The position numbers and the translations under genes were made by a program. Shown in pieces: positions 53,808-64,000 of a stretch of 64,000 bases of DNA; within the stretch, counting starts at the first letter, position 1, and each line of letters opens with the position of its first letter. Under the pieces are notes generated by a model. That model saw only the letters and a program-made list of their open reading frames with translations, was not told where the DNA came from and did no database searches. This DNA is from Lama guanicoe. Taxonomy: Eukaryota. The stretch spans positions 10,613,175-10,677,174 of the forward strand of contig MU056000.1 of NCBI GenBank assembly GCA_013239625.1, given 5' to 3'.

Positions 53808-54935
53808 TCATTCATTGATTAATTCATGTGTTCATTCATTCGTTCCTTTATTCAGTTGTTCAACAGTTTCTAATGTGTCAGGCAGCATCCTAGGAGCGAA
53901 GGATACAGCAATGAATGCAATGAGGTTCTTCCTGTCCTAGAGCTTACGTTCTAGTAGGGAGACAGCCAACAAACACATCCATAATACAAAGTAGATTAGT
54001 CCTAAGAAGAAAAAAATCTGAGCACAGGATAGAGGTGGACAGAGGGTGGCCAGGGAAGTCACTCTGTCAATTAAATGTCTGCTTTCCAGGCAGAGGGAAC
54101 AGCAGAACCCTGAGCCCGGGGAAGGGCTTGGCATGTTGAGGGAGGGAGGAGGGGGGAGAGTGGTTGGGGATGAGGTCAGTGGGGTAGTTAGGGATTCGAG
54201 TGGAAAGGGGAAGCCCTTGGAGGTGATTGACCAGGGATGTGTTTTGATGTAGGTTTCAAAGGAATTGCACTGCTTTTTTAGTGGAGAAAGGGCTGGGTTG
54301 GAGGGAAAGGTGGAAGCAGAGAGGCCAGATAGGAAGCTACTGCAATTTTCTAGGAGGGAGAAGATGATGGCTTGCAGACATGATGTAACTTGGAGGAGAT
54401 GAAATGTGGTGGATTCTGGAAATGCTCTGAAGTTATGGTGGAAATATTTGCTGATGGTTTGGGATGTGCAGGGAGAACAAGAGAGGAGGCAGGTTTTGAC
54501 TTGAGCCCAAACTAGCAGGACCATTTACTGACAGGGGCAGCATGGGAGGCAGAGCAGCTCTGGAGAAGCAGATCAAGAGTTTGGTGTGGACGTGCTGCCT
54601 TTGTAATGCTTCTTACACATCAGGTGGAGATGTCAGAGAGAGCTGAGCAGCTAAATTAGTCTGGAGCTCAGAGGGGAGGCTGGACACTTAGATTCAGGTA
54701 TCAGCAAAACACTGCTGTGTGAAAGTCAGGATCCCAGATGAGGCCATCAAAGGAGGGAGAAGGTAAGAGGTCCAAGGTACTCCACATTTTGTTGCGAAAG
54801 GGACACATGCTGAGGCGAGTTCAAAGAGGTAGGAGGGAAACCGGCAGTGCTTATTTTGACAGTCAATCAAGAAAGACCAACTATGTCAAGTGCATGAGTA
54901 AGTTGAAAGAAATGGAAAGAGAAATGATCACAGGG
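53808..54935 (-). mobile_element. L2 LINE (L2a-like)
   Basis: Antisense terminus (ATTCATTCATTC), GAGCTTACGTTCTAGTAGGGAGACAG, GGAAGCAGAGAGGCCAGATAGGAAGCTACTGCA, GGTGGAGATGTCAG. Confidence 0.88.
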
Positions 54936-54944
54936 TTTAGAAAC

Positions 54945-55090
54945 TTTTATTTCATTCATCTCAAAACTTTAGGCTGTTATTATTCACACTTTCCAAATGA
55001 GGAAGCCAAGACTCAGAGAGGCTTAGTAACTTGCTGGGGCTCACACAGTCAGGATGGAGTCCAGGTTCCCACCTGCTAAACCCAGAAGCT
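54945..55090 (-). mobile_element. MIR SINE
   Basis: TTTCCAAATGAGGAAGCCAAGACTCAGAGAGGCTTAGTAACTTGC..TCACACAG. Confidence 0.75.
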
Positions 55091-55888
55091 CCCTTGGGCT
55101 ATCCTGGAGACATACGTTCCCTTCCCTACTTCCAACTTGTGAGTCCTGGGCTTTTTACCCCACCTCCCATGTAAACAGTGTTCCACGCAAGAAGCTTTTC
55201 TTAACTCCATTTGGAGGGTGACAGATTCAATCATGCAATCAGCATCTTCAGAGAGAATGACTCAAAATGAGGACAGAGAGGATAATGTAGAGCATTTAGG
55301 AGAAGCCTGTCTTGCTAAGTAATCTTCGGTTTGGGCTCATGATTGCTTTTGAAATTTCTTATTAGTGTGAGAGAGAGAAGGGAAAAAGGCTCAAAATAGA
55401 AAGTGTTTGTACCAGGAAAAAAAAAAAAACCCAACATAATAGGAGACTTGCAGGCTTTACTGACAGATTGCAGGCTACAAAACAGATTTGTGGGTGAAAT
55501 CTAGGGTCTTTGTGTTTGTTCTTTTTTTCATTTCCCCTCTTTTATGCTTAATGCCCATTTAAGAAAATTTAATTGAGATACTATAGAAATAGCATTAAGT
55601 AACCCTCATCCCTAAATGAGGTTATCTATTGACTGCAGAATATTTTGTGGGAAAAGGCATTTTCGTCTTTTGAGAAAAAAAGTAGCTGATGTACTGGCCT
55701 AGTTTTTATATATTATTTTTTTTCTGACTGTGTATTCTTAAAAATCAGTAATAGTCTGAGCCTCGATTTTCAAATTTGGGATTCCCAATCTAAAATTGAA
55801 TGGATTTAGAGTAGGTGAGTTTTACAGCCTCTAAGCAGTGATAGTTCTTGGGTCATAATTACAAAACAAAAGGTCCTGACTTTCAGTG

Positions 55889-56500
55889 TGAATGAATTAC
55901 TGAGGGCCGCCATAACAAATTACCACCAACTGAGGGCTTAAAACAACGGGAATTGATTCTCTTGCGTTCTGGAGGCCTGAAGTCAGAAATCCGGGTGTTG
56001 TCACACCGTGCAGTAGGGGAGAGCCTTCCCTTGTCCCTTCCAGCTCCCGGGGGCTGTCGGCCTTCCTGTCATAAATCTTGTCTCTGCCTTTGTCTTCATG
56101 TGGCTTCTCCCCTGAGTTTCCTGTGTCTCCAGTCTCCTTCTGACTTTTTTTCTGATAAGGACACTTTCCCTGGATTTAGGGCCCACCTTAAATCCAGGAT
56201 AATCTCATCCTGTGATCTTTTTTTTTTTTCTGTTTTTTTTGGGGGGGGGTGGGGGGGGGGAAGCAATTAGGTTTATTTATTTATTCACTTTTTAGAGGCA
56301 GTACCGGGGATTAAACCCAGAACCTCCTGCATGCTAAGCATGGGCTCTACCACTTTGAGCTACACCTGCCCCCTCATCTTGTGATCTTTAATTTAATTAC
56401 ACTTGCAAAGACTCATTTCTCCAAATAAGGTCATAGTCACAGGTTCAGGGATTTAGGATTTGGACATATTTTTTTGGAAGCCACTATTCAACCCTCTACA
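55889..56500 (-). mobile_element. MaLR solo LTR (MLT1A-C-like) carrying a nested SINE
   Basis: AGGGCCGCCATAACAAATTACCAC..GGCTTAAAACAAC..TTCTGGAGGCCTGAAGTC; CCAAATAAGGTCA..CACAGG; 5-bp TSD CAGTG/CGGTG. Confidence 0.88.
56221..56373 (-). mobile_element. Vic-1-type SINE nested in the MLT1 LTR
   Basis: Antisense SINE; TSD TCATCCTGTGATCTTT (56205-56220) / TCATCTTGTGATCTTT (56374-56389). Confidence 0.9.
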
Positions 56501-56689
56501 CGGTGTTACACCCTAAAGTGGTGGGAAGGAATCAGAGGCCTAGGGTGGAGTCTTCCCTCTGATATAAGTTTGTGACACCACCACGTTTAAGAGAATAGAA
56601 CAAATGTGTGCGAAAAGTTTGCAGAAATCCTTGAGAGGGGAGGAGATGGCCGGCTTTGCAGTCCCTCCTTGCAGGCATCTAAATCTGGT

Positions 56690-56830
56690 GGAAGAGAATG
56701 TGCCCTGGATCAGACCTACCTGGGCTGAAATTCATTCCTGCCACTTGCGGGCCATGTGACCTTGGCAATTTATTTTGCTTGGCCTCAGTCTCTTCATTTG
56801 TGAAATGCAAGTTGTAATGCTGATCTTGGA
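56690..56830 (+). mobile_element. MIR SINE
   Basis: TCAGACCTACCTGGGCTGAAA..CTGCCACTT..CATGTGACCTTGGCAA..CCTCAGTCTCTTCATTTGTGAAATG. Confidence 0.75.
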
Positions 56831-57419
56831 GTGTCCCTGGGGAGATCAAAACAAGTGGCAAGTGTGAAGTCCCCGGCACAAGCTGAGAAGATTCTCTCCA
56901 TGCTGAGCTGGGGGCCCGTATGCCCTCCGGATGCACTCAGCATCCTTTCTGTACCCTTGGAGCCCCGAGCTATGGGGCTGGTGGGAACTCTGGTCTGGCC
57001 CCTCATATCTTGCCTCTGCCAGCTGTTCTGTTCAGGGCCCAATCCTCCAACCGAACAGCCTGGGCCTTCCTGGGCAGTACCCTGTTCCCCTCCCTCTCCT
57101 CAGCCCCCTACCTAGACATTCTAGCCGTCTGGCTCTCCGTCTTTAGAAGTGTATGCTCTCCAAGTGCCTCAGAGAATGCCCATTTGAACATAACTCGTTA
57201 AAAGAGAAAGCCTGCAACTCTTTTGCTCAAATGAAAGGGGTATTCCTTTTGTGGATTTGTGGTTTTATTATCAACAGTTGCCTAGGGTCAGCTAGATGTG
57301 GCCGGAAAAAGCATATTTACGAACAGGAATTTTTATTGCAATCCGAAAATCATCCGCTAAAGGCACTTGCCTACTTGCCCTCAGGTAGGGGCTCTGTTGT
57401 TGATTGCTGCTGCTGCTTC

Positions 57420-57596
57420 TTTTGTAGCCTTTATTTTATTTTATTTTTTCCTGGGGGGAGGGGATAATTAAATTTATGTATGTACGTATGTATGTACGTA
57501 TGTATGTATGTATGTATTTAGATGAAGGTGCTAGGGATTGAACCCAGGACACATGCTCTACCTAAGCACACACTCTACCACTGCTATACCTTCCCC
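57420..57596 (-). mobile_element. Vic-1-type SINE with an internal (TATG)n microsatellite
   Basis: GGGATTGAACCCAGGAC..CTCTACCACTGCTATACCTTCCCC; (TATG/TACG)n at 57475-57516. Confidence 0.88.
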
Positions 57597-58049
57597 ACTT
57601 CGATTGCTTCTAAACTTTCTCTAGAGAAGTTATTCGCAGGCTTTGGGATTTCACAGAAATCTAAATAAATAGGATTTCAACTCAGCAGGGTCAGTCTATT
57701 TTGCTAAGTAAGAATGTTAATAATAATAATAATAATTACTGATTATTCTTTCCATTATCTTGTGAAAGGAAGGTCACTTGAATATCAGAAAGGAATGGAC
57801 ATGATCTCTTCGTGAAGGCAGTTCTTTAATGAAATAAATTGAATTTTGTGTTCCTATTTTCCTCCCATCAAAGACTGGTGAATCTTTGGTCCTGAGCTGG
57901 CGCTGGCCTGGGGACCAGCCCTCGGGAGTCATCACTCTGGATGTCGACACGTCCGGCCAACGCTATGATTAGCCACCTACACTTTGCAGGTCGTGGTTAA
58001 CATAAAGGTCACCGGGAGTGCATTTATTCATTCAGTCATTCCAAAGAGG

Positions 58050-58230
58050 TTAGAAAGAACTTGGACTGTCAAGCCAGACATACCTTCATTCAAGGCCCAG
58101 CTCCACCACCTGCCAGCTGGCTAACCTTACACATGCCACTTACCCTTTCTAAGCTTCCATTGCCACATCTACGAGAGGAAGAGGACAGAAATTCACTGAG
58201 TTCTTAAGAGGATTAAATGAGGACTAGCGA
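58050..58230 (+). mobile_element. MIR SINE
   Basis: GGTTAGAAAG..GCCAGAC..TTCAAGGCCCAGCTCCACCAC..GAGGATTAAATGAG. Confidence 0.7.
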
Positions 58231-58877
58231 AGGGTCTTTGTTTCAACAAACTAGACTTCTGTATGGACAACTGTTGCTACAGCTGGGGTTGTGTATTAAC
58301 ACACCAGACATTGCTCAAGACCCCTGAGACACAGAGTCAGAAGTCGCCATCTTTTCCTACAAGGAGCTCACAGTTTAAAGGAGAAGATCCAAAAAGGATG
58401 GCCAGATACAGTGAAACCAGTGCTAGAGTGGAGACAGAGCTTGGACGCCTTGTAGAGGACAAAGAAAACAGAAGAAGAGGAGGTGAGGTCAGAGCAAAAT
58501 CTTAATGAATATACAATTAAAAGGAAAGAAAAGATACAAAGAATCACTAGGCTCTCAGATGAGAACTGGACTGACCTGTAGTGCGATACCTGAAATGTGC
58601 AGATTAAATCTGGTGGACAGAAGCCCCCGGGTCAGCATGTTTATGGTTGAAGAAATGGTTCTCATCAAAGCAGTAATTTCCCTCTGCCTTACTGCCTCCA
58701 TTCTGTTTGGGTTGCCCTAACAACATTCTTCTCTGTAAATTCTGACCCAAAGAAGATGAGTTTTCAGTGAAAAAAGGAAAGAGAAATTACAGCTGATAGT
58801 TTTGGGGAAATCCTGAGCATAGATCTTTGGAGAAGTCCAGAGTGCTTGAGTGACTGAATTCCAGGATGTTATCTTGC

Positions 58878-59050
58878 CCCTTGCTACTCAAAGTGAGGTC
58901 CTCTACCTAGCGTTATCTGCATCACCTGGGAACTTGCTAGAAATGCAGAATTTTGGGCCCCAGCCAAGAGCTGCTAAATGACGCACTGTATTTCCACAAG
59001 CTCCCCAGTGGATGGGTAAATACATTTCAGGTTTGAGAAGCAATGCTCTG
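58878..59050. mobile_element. MER5A (hAT-Charlie)
   Basis: CTACTCAAAGTG..GCATCACCTGGGAACTTGCTAGAAATGCAGAATT..GTTTGAGAAGC. Confidence 0.85.
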
Positions 59051-59055
59051 GCCTA

Positions 59056-59395
59056 ATTTTTCTTTTCCAGTTGAAGTACAGTCAGTTACAATGTGTCAAT
59101 TTCTGGTATACAGCACAATGTCCCAGTCTTGCATATATATGTACACATATATTTGTTTTTCATATTCTTTTTCATTAAAGGTTATTACAAGATACTGAAT
59201 ATAGTTCCCTGTGCTATACAGATGAAATTTTTTAAAATCTATTTTTACATATAATGGCTAACTAATATTTGCAAATCTCAAACTCCCAAATTTATCTCTG
59301 CTCACCCCGTTTCCCCCAGTAACCATAAGATCATTTTCTATGTCTGCCAGTCTGCTTCTGTTTTGTAGATGAGTTCATTAGTGTCCTCTTTTTCC
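59056..59395 (-). mobile_element. L1 3' end (camelid/cetartiodactyl)
   Basis: TTGAAGTACAGTCAGTTACAATGTGT..GGTTATTACAAGATACTGAATATAGTTCCCTGTGCTATACAG..GTAACCATAAG. Confidence 0.9.
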
Positions 59396-61506
59396 CTTGG
59401 TGAACAAAAGACACCACTGGACCGGAAGTGACCAGCGTCGAAACCTTCTTACTGACTTGGATTGATGTTTACCTTCATTTCTTTGCATTCATTTCTCACG
59501 TCCACGCATTAAAGAATAATAGTTGTGGAAGAGAGTGCAGGGCTGCCCCAGAGGCATCTGACTTATAACTGCATGATTATGTTACTTACGTAACACACTG
59601 AAGTTTAATATAATTTACTTGCATTTATGCCCATGATCTCATTTATATTCCCAAATAACCTGTAAGTCTGTTGTATTTTTTGTTTTGGGGTTTTGGGGGT
59701 TTTGTTTGTTTGTTTGTTTCCCAGACAAAAACCAGAGCTCAGAGGCATCAGATGGCTTGCTGGTTTTACACTCAGGCTCCAAGTCCAGGGCTCCTTCCTG
59801 CAGCCAAGCAGCCCATCACCTGTCACAGTTGAGAGGATGGTCCCCCCAGGACCTGGGCCAGTCCCAGGGCCCATCATTTCCACTCCCACCAGCAGCAGCG
59901 CCGTTCGGTCCACGGCTTCTGAGCTGCCAGCCAAGCCATCTATCTGCTGCTTTCAGTCCATGGGCAGCTGCTCCGGGTCCTCTAATTAGCTAGCTTGGAA
60001 GCATCTGAACCAGTCACCTAGTCCTGGGGGCCAGGACTACTGATTCATCTCTGTATTCTTCACAAGCCTGCCTGGAGCATTATAGAGCTGAACTGAGTAG
60101 GTAAGACTGAATACCCGGTGTTCCTAACAAGAAGATGAGACAATCTCCCATGACCTCTGGAGCACTGAGTGAATCAGAATCATCTTGTGAGAACAGAGGC
60201 TAGAGAAAGCAAGTCTTAAATAATGGGCATATCTGGAATAATCTTGAACGAGCAAGTACGTGGAGAGAAGATAACAGAATGGGGAGGTCAGAGTTTACTT
60301 GTTCATCTATCTACCTCAAAGTGAAATTCCAAATCAAAACAAGCACAGCCAACAAAACTCCTACAAAATGATCAGAAATGGGCCAGTTTCTTACAGTTTC
60401 TCTAATTCAGAAAGAAGAGTCACGCAGGATCTCTTTCTCACTGTGTTCATATCACCGTCTGGTGATGAGAATGACTGACAGGATAAATACAGGCAATTGC
60501 CATCCTCTCCTCATCCAAGCTTCACAGCATTCAGCCCTATCTGACAACTGATCTGGAACCCACGACTACCAAAAAAGTATCCGTGTGTAAAGCAGTAGAT
60601 CACAAAGTGTAGACACAGTTAAGCACGCACCACGACTCCAGAAAGGGCTTGGTGTGCGGCGGACCTCGTTTTTATGGTCCCCTCCATGAGTCATGAATCG
60701 CAGCACCTAATAAACTCTTGACACACTTTCCAGGCAAGCAGAATTCACCTTCGAGATAATAAAGCTATACCTCATTGCTAAGTAGCTCAAAAGTTAAAAA
60801 GCCACCTTTACGAGATAACAACCATTAGGGCAACATCAGAAGGACCGCATGTGATTAGAACAGGGTTATCCTGCTGTGGAGTGTGGCTTTATTATGTCTG
60901 TCGTATAACTGCTTTTTTCTTCCGATCCAGCTCTTGTTGAAATTAGTAGTGATCAAGAATCAAACCTGATAGCTTTTCACACCCATATATTTTTCAATAA
61001 TTATAAGGAGAAAAGGACTTCTGGCTAGCAAAGGAGAGAATGGTTCAGGAATATTCCTTCACCATGAGAGACCTGACCCTGAAATTGAGCCTAAATTTAC
61101 ATGGTGTCTTTATTCATTTGTGGGCGAGGATAAGATTGAAGTGTTCATAATCTCTCCCTTGAATAAACCAAGCAAATACTCTCAGTGTCTGTCTCCCAGG
61201 AAAATGCAGGAGATCTGGCAACGTGATGACAGGGAAGGCGGAGCCTCTGTTCTTAGGGTGCTTACAATCTAGATGGGATGTAAGATGCGTACATGCATAA
61301 TTCTAGTAATAGGTAGAAAATGATGATGTGCCGGAGAGAGACACAGCAGCGAGAAAGGGCAGTTTCTCTGAGCTGGGGTATGGAGGCAGCTTCATGGAAT
61401 GTGTGCTCTCTGCACCGAGCCTTTGGGGATGTGGTCTAGGAAGAGGACTGGAAAACATGTGCTATCTCAGAAATTAAGATTAGGGCACCTCAAGATGTAG
61501 AGGGGG

Positions 61507-62110
61507 TACTCCTGGGCATATACCCAAAGAAAATGATAACTTGAAAAGACACAGGCACCCCAGTGTTCATAGCAGCACTATTTACAATAGCCAGGAAATG
61601 GAAGCGATCTAAAGGTCCATCAACAGATAATTGGACACACACACACAATGGAATACTACTCAGCCATAAAAAATGAAATAACACCATTTGTAGCAACATG
61701 GATGGACCTAGAGATTATCATATTAAGTGAAGTAAGTCAGACAGAGAAAGACAAATATTGTTTAATATCACTTAGATGTGGAATCAAAAAAAAAGATACA
61801 AATTTTATTTCAAACCAGAAATAGACTCACAGACATAGAAAACAAACTATGGTTACCAAAGGGGAAAGGAGGGGATGGATAAATTAGGAGTTTGGATTAG
61901 CAGATACAAACTACTATATATAAAACACATAAACAAAAAGGACCTACTTACTGCATAGCAGAGGGAACTATAATTCCTTGTAAGCAGCTGCAGTGGAAAA
62001 GAAACTGAAAAAATATGTATGTATGTAAATGTATAACTGAATTGCTTTGCTGTACACCTGAAGCTAAATTGTAAATCAACTACACTTCAGTAAAGAATAT
62101 CATTTTTTAA
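61507..62110 (+). mobile_element. L1 3' end including the ORF2 C-terminal remnant
   Basis: CTCCTGGGCATATACCC..TGTTCATAGCAGCACTATTTACAATAGCC..GAGATTATCATATTAAGTGAAGTAAG; GTAGAGGGG repeated on both flanks. Confidence 0.92.
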
Positions 62111-62854
62111 AAAAAGTAGAGGGGTGCATTCCTGGAAAATGAAGCAGCCTGTGTATGAGAGCCCAGGCTTTCTCCACGGGGGTCACGTGGGCAGGTGGGA
62201 CGTAGGGCTCCTAGTGGTGAACCCTGGAGAGTTAGGTTGGAAGACCGCATGGGCCGAGGTGGTGGGAGCTTCAAAAACCAGACTGAGAGTTTTTATTCTG
62301 TATGTGATTATTGCAGACAGATATGGTTATTGGCTTCTCCAGCAGACACAGCTGACTCCCCTTTTCTTCTTTGCTCACAGGGCCACAATGATCATAAACT
62401 CCCCATTTTCTAGACCATCAACGTCTGTAAAATGGTTTTGTAGGTGTTTGACCGGAAGAATAGCGCTTGAGCTGGTCAATCCTTTGTATGGAAAACCCTG
62501 GTGAGACGGAGGAGGGTGGGGGGTAGGGAGAAGGGAGAGAAGCTTGAGCCAGCCAAAAAGACAAAAATGAAGGCCAGGAAGCACAGTAGCAGTAAGACAC
62601 ACTGGAGAACCTTCTAGAATATAAAAGCATCTGACAATCACTTTACAAAATACTGGAAAGGCAATCACTTTCTAACCACTCCAGCATGATAAGAGCACAC
62701 TTATTTTGACTTGATTCATTCTAAAGGACAACTTAGTTCCAGCACTGAGCTGTAAGATCTGTCCTAACCAAGGTAAGCGGCCACCCGGAAACTCTCGCCC
62801 CATGCTTTGATCTCTGCTGTTGGCAGTATTAGTAATTGTCAGTCATAAATGGAC

Positions 62855-63532
62855 TGTGGGGTGTTGACCTGCATACCTACCAAAAGATATGCTCCACGCC
62901 CCTGGGACCTGTGAATATGGACGGCATTATTTGGAAATAGGGTCCTTGCAGGTGTAATTAAGTTAAGATGAAGTTTAAGAAAGTAGATGCTAGGAATTCT
63001 CATTACAAGGGAAAAAAACTTGTTTGTTTGTTTGTTTCGTTATCCGTATTAGGTCATGGTTGTTAACTAAACTTATTGTGGTCATTATTTCACAATATTT
63101 GTTAATCATCTTGTTGTGCATTTTAAGCTTATACAGTGCTATGTGCAACATATATTTCAAGAAAAAGTTAAGATGAGGTCACAATGGATTAGCGTGGGTC
63201 TTAAATCCAGCGACTGGTGTCCTAAGAGGAAGGGGGCATTTGGACCCAGAAACAGAGGAGACACACAGGGAAGAGGCAGAGGCCAGCGGAGGCAAAGACT
63301 GGCATTATTCTGGCATTATTCTGCCACAAGCCAAGGCACGCCGAGAACTGCCCCAACCGTCAGAAATAGGACGGACGAGGTGGCATTCTTTCGTAGAGAC
63401 TTCCAAGGAAGCGTGGCCCTGCTGACCCCTTGATTCTGGACTTCTAGCAGCCATGCCTTTGAGAGAATGGATTTCTGTTGCTTTAAGTCGTTCAGTTTGT
63501 CATGTCTTGTTACAGCAGTCCTAGGAAACACA
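62855..63532 (+). mobile_element. MaLR LTR (MLT1B/C-like) interrupted by an L1 fragment
   Basis: ACCTGTGAATATG..TTTGGAAATAGGGTCCTTGCAGGTGTAATTAAGTTAAGATGAGGTC; GCCACAAGCCAAGG; TTGTTACAGCAGTCCTAGGAAAC. Confidence 0.88.
62972..63164 (+). mobile_element. L1 3' end nested in MLT1
   Basis: GTTAACTAAACTTATTGTGGTCATTATTTCACAATAT; exact TSD AAGTTAAGATGA (62960-62971 and 63165-63176). Confidence 0.85.
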
Positions 63533-63544
63533 CCTAGACCAGTC

Positions 63545-64000
63545 GCTGCAATGAAAAGATGAAGATGGTCAATGAGAAGCAACCTACATGCTGTTTATTT
63601 TTTTAACATTTTTTATTGATTTATAATCATTTTACAATGTTGTGTCAAATTCCAGTGTTCAGCACAATTTTTCAGTCATTCATGGACATATACACACTCA
63701 TTGTCACATTTTTTTCTCTGTGAGTTATCATAACATTTTGTGTATATTTCCCTGTGCTATACAGTGTAATCTTGTTTATCTATTCTACAATTTTAAAATC
63801 CCAGTCTATTCCTACATGCTTTTTATAAATGACACACTTTAAATAAAAAGACACAGATAGGCTGAATGTGAAACCAAAAAAAAAAAGGAGAAAAATATAC
63901 CACACAAATCCTGGCCAACAGAGGCTGTCGTGGCTATTTTAGTATCAAACCAAGTAGACTATAACCTAAGGTCTACTGTAGGAAAAGAGGGACAGCTCTC
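63545..64000 (+). mobile_element. Old L1 ORF2 endonuclease-domain fragment, interrupted by the young L1
   Basis: With the insertion removed it reads as degenerate PT-CCL--THFK-KDTDRLNVK..KIYHTN...VVAILVSNQVDY, matching L1 endonuclease motifs. Confidence 0.75.
63598..63810 (-). mobile_element. Young camelid L1 3' end
   Basis: TTTTTTATTGATTTATAATCATTTTACAATGTTGTGTCAAATTCC..CCCTGTGCTATACAG; TSD CCTACATGCTGTTTA / CCTACATGCTTTTTA. Confidence 0.88.

Noticed and set aside
53937-54524. 195-aa ORF
   Set aside because: Lies wholly within a degenerate L2 element.

Overview
Mammalian genomic DNA, almost certainly camelid (alpaca, llama or camel), judged from six tRNA-derived Vic-1-type SINEs. The only protein-coding sequence I can support is ANKH coding exon 1 on the minus strand (44909-45004, [32 protein letters not shown], followed by a GTAAGC donor). 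It sits in a CpG-island promoter that an assembly gap interrupts. Bases 1-44908 are ANKH intron 1 (exon 2 lies outside the window) and about 46300-64000 is upstream intergenic DNA. Both are filled with ordinary interspersed repeats (L1, L2, MIR, ERV1 and MaLR LTRs, Tigger and hAT DNA transposons), and the other track ORFs look spurious. I found no convincing new biological system. The best leads are: an out-of-frame overlapping uORF plus an in-frame ACG in the ANKH 5' leader; an old L1ME-like fragment retroposed into a young SINE; an unidentified retroposed mRNA 3' end; a dense C/EBP-ATF4 motif cluster in intron 1; a sense-oriented solo LTR; and a GC-rich upstream block with twin CACCA-loop hairpins and exon-like signals. 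Repeat family names come from memory of consensus sequences, and boundaries are approximate unless a target-site duplication (TSD) is given.
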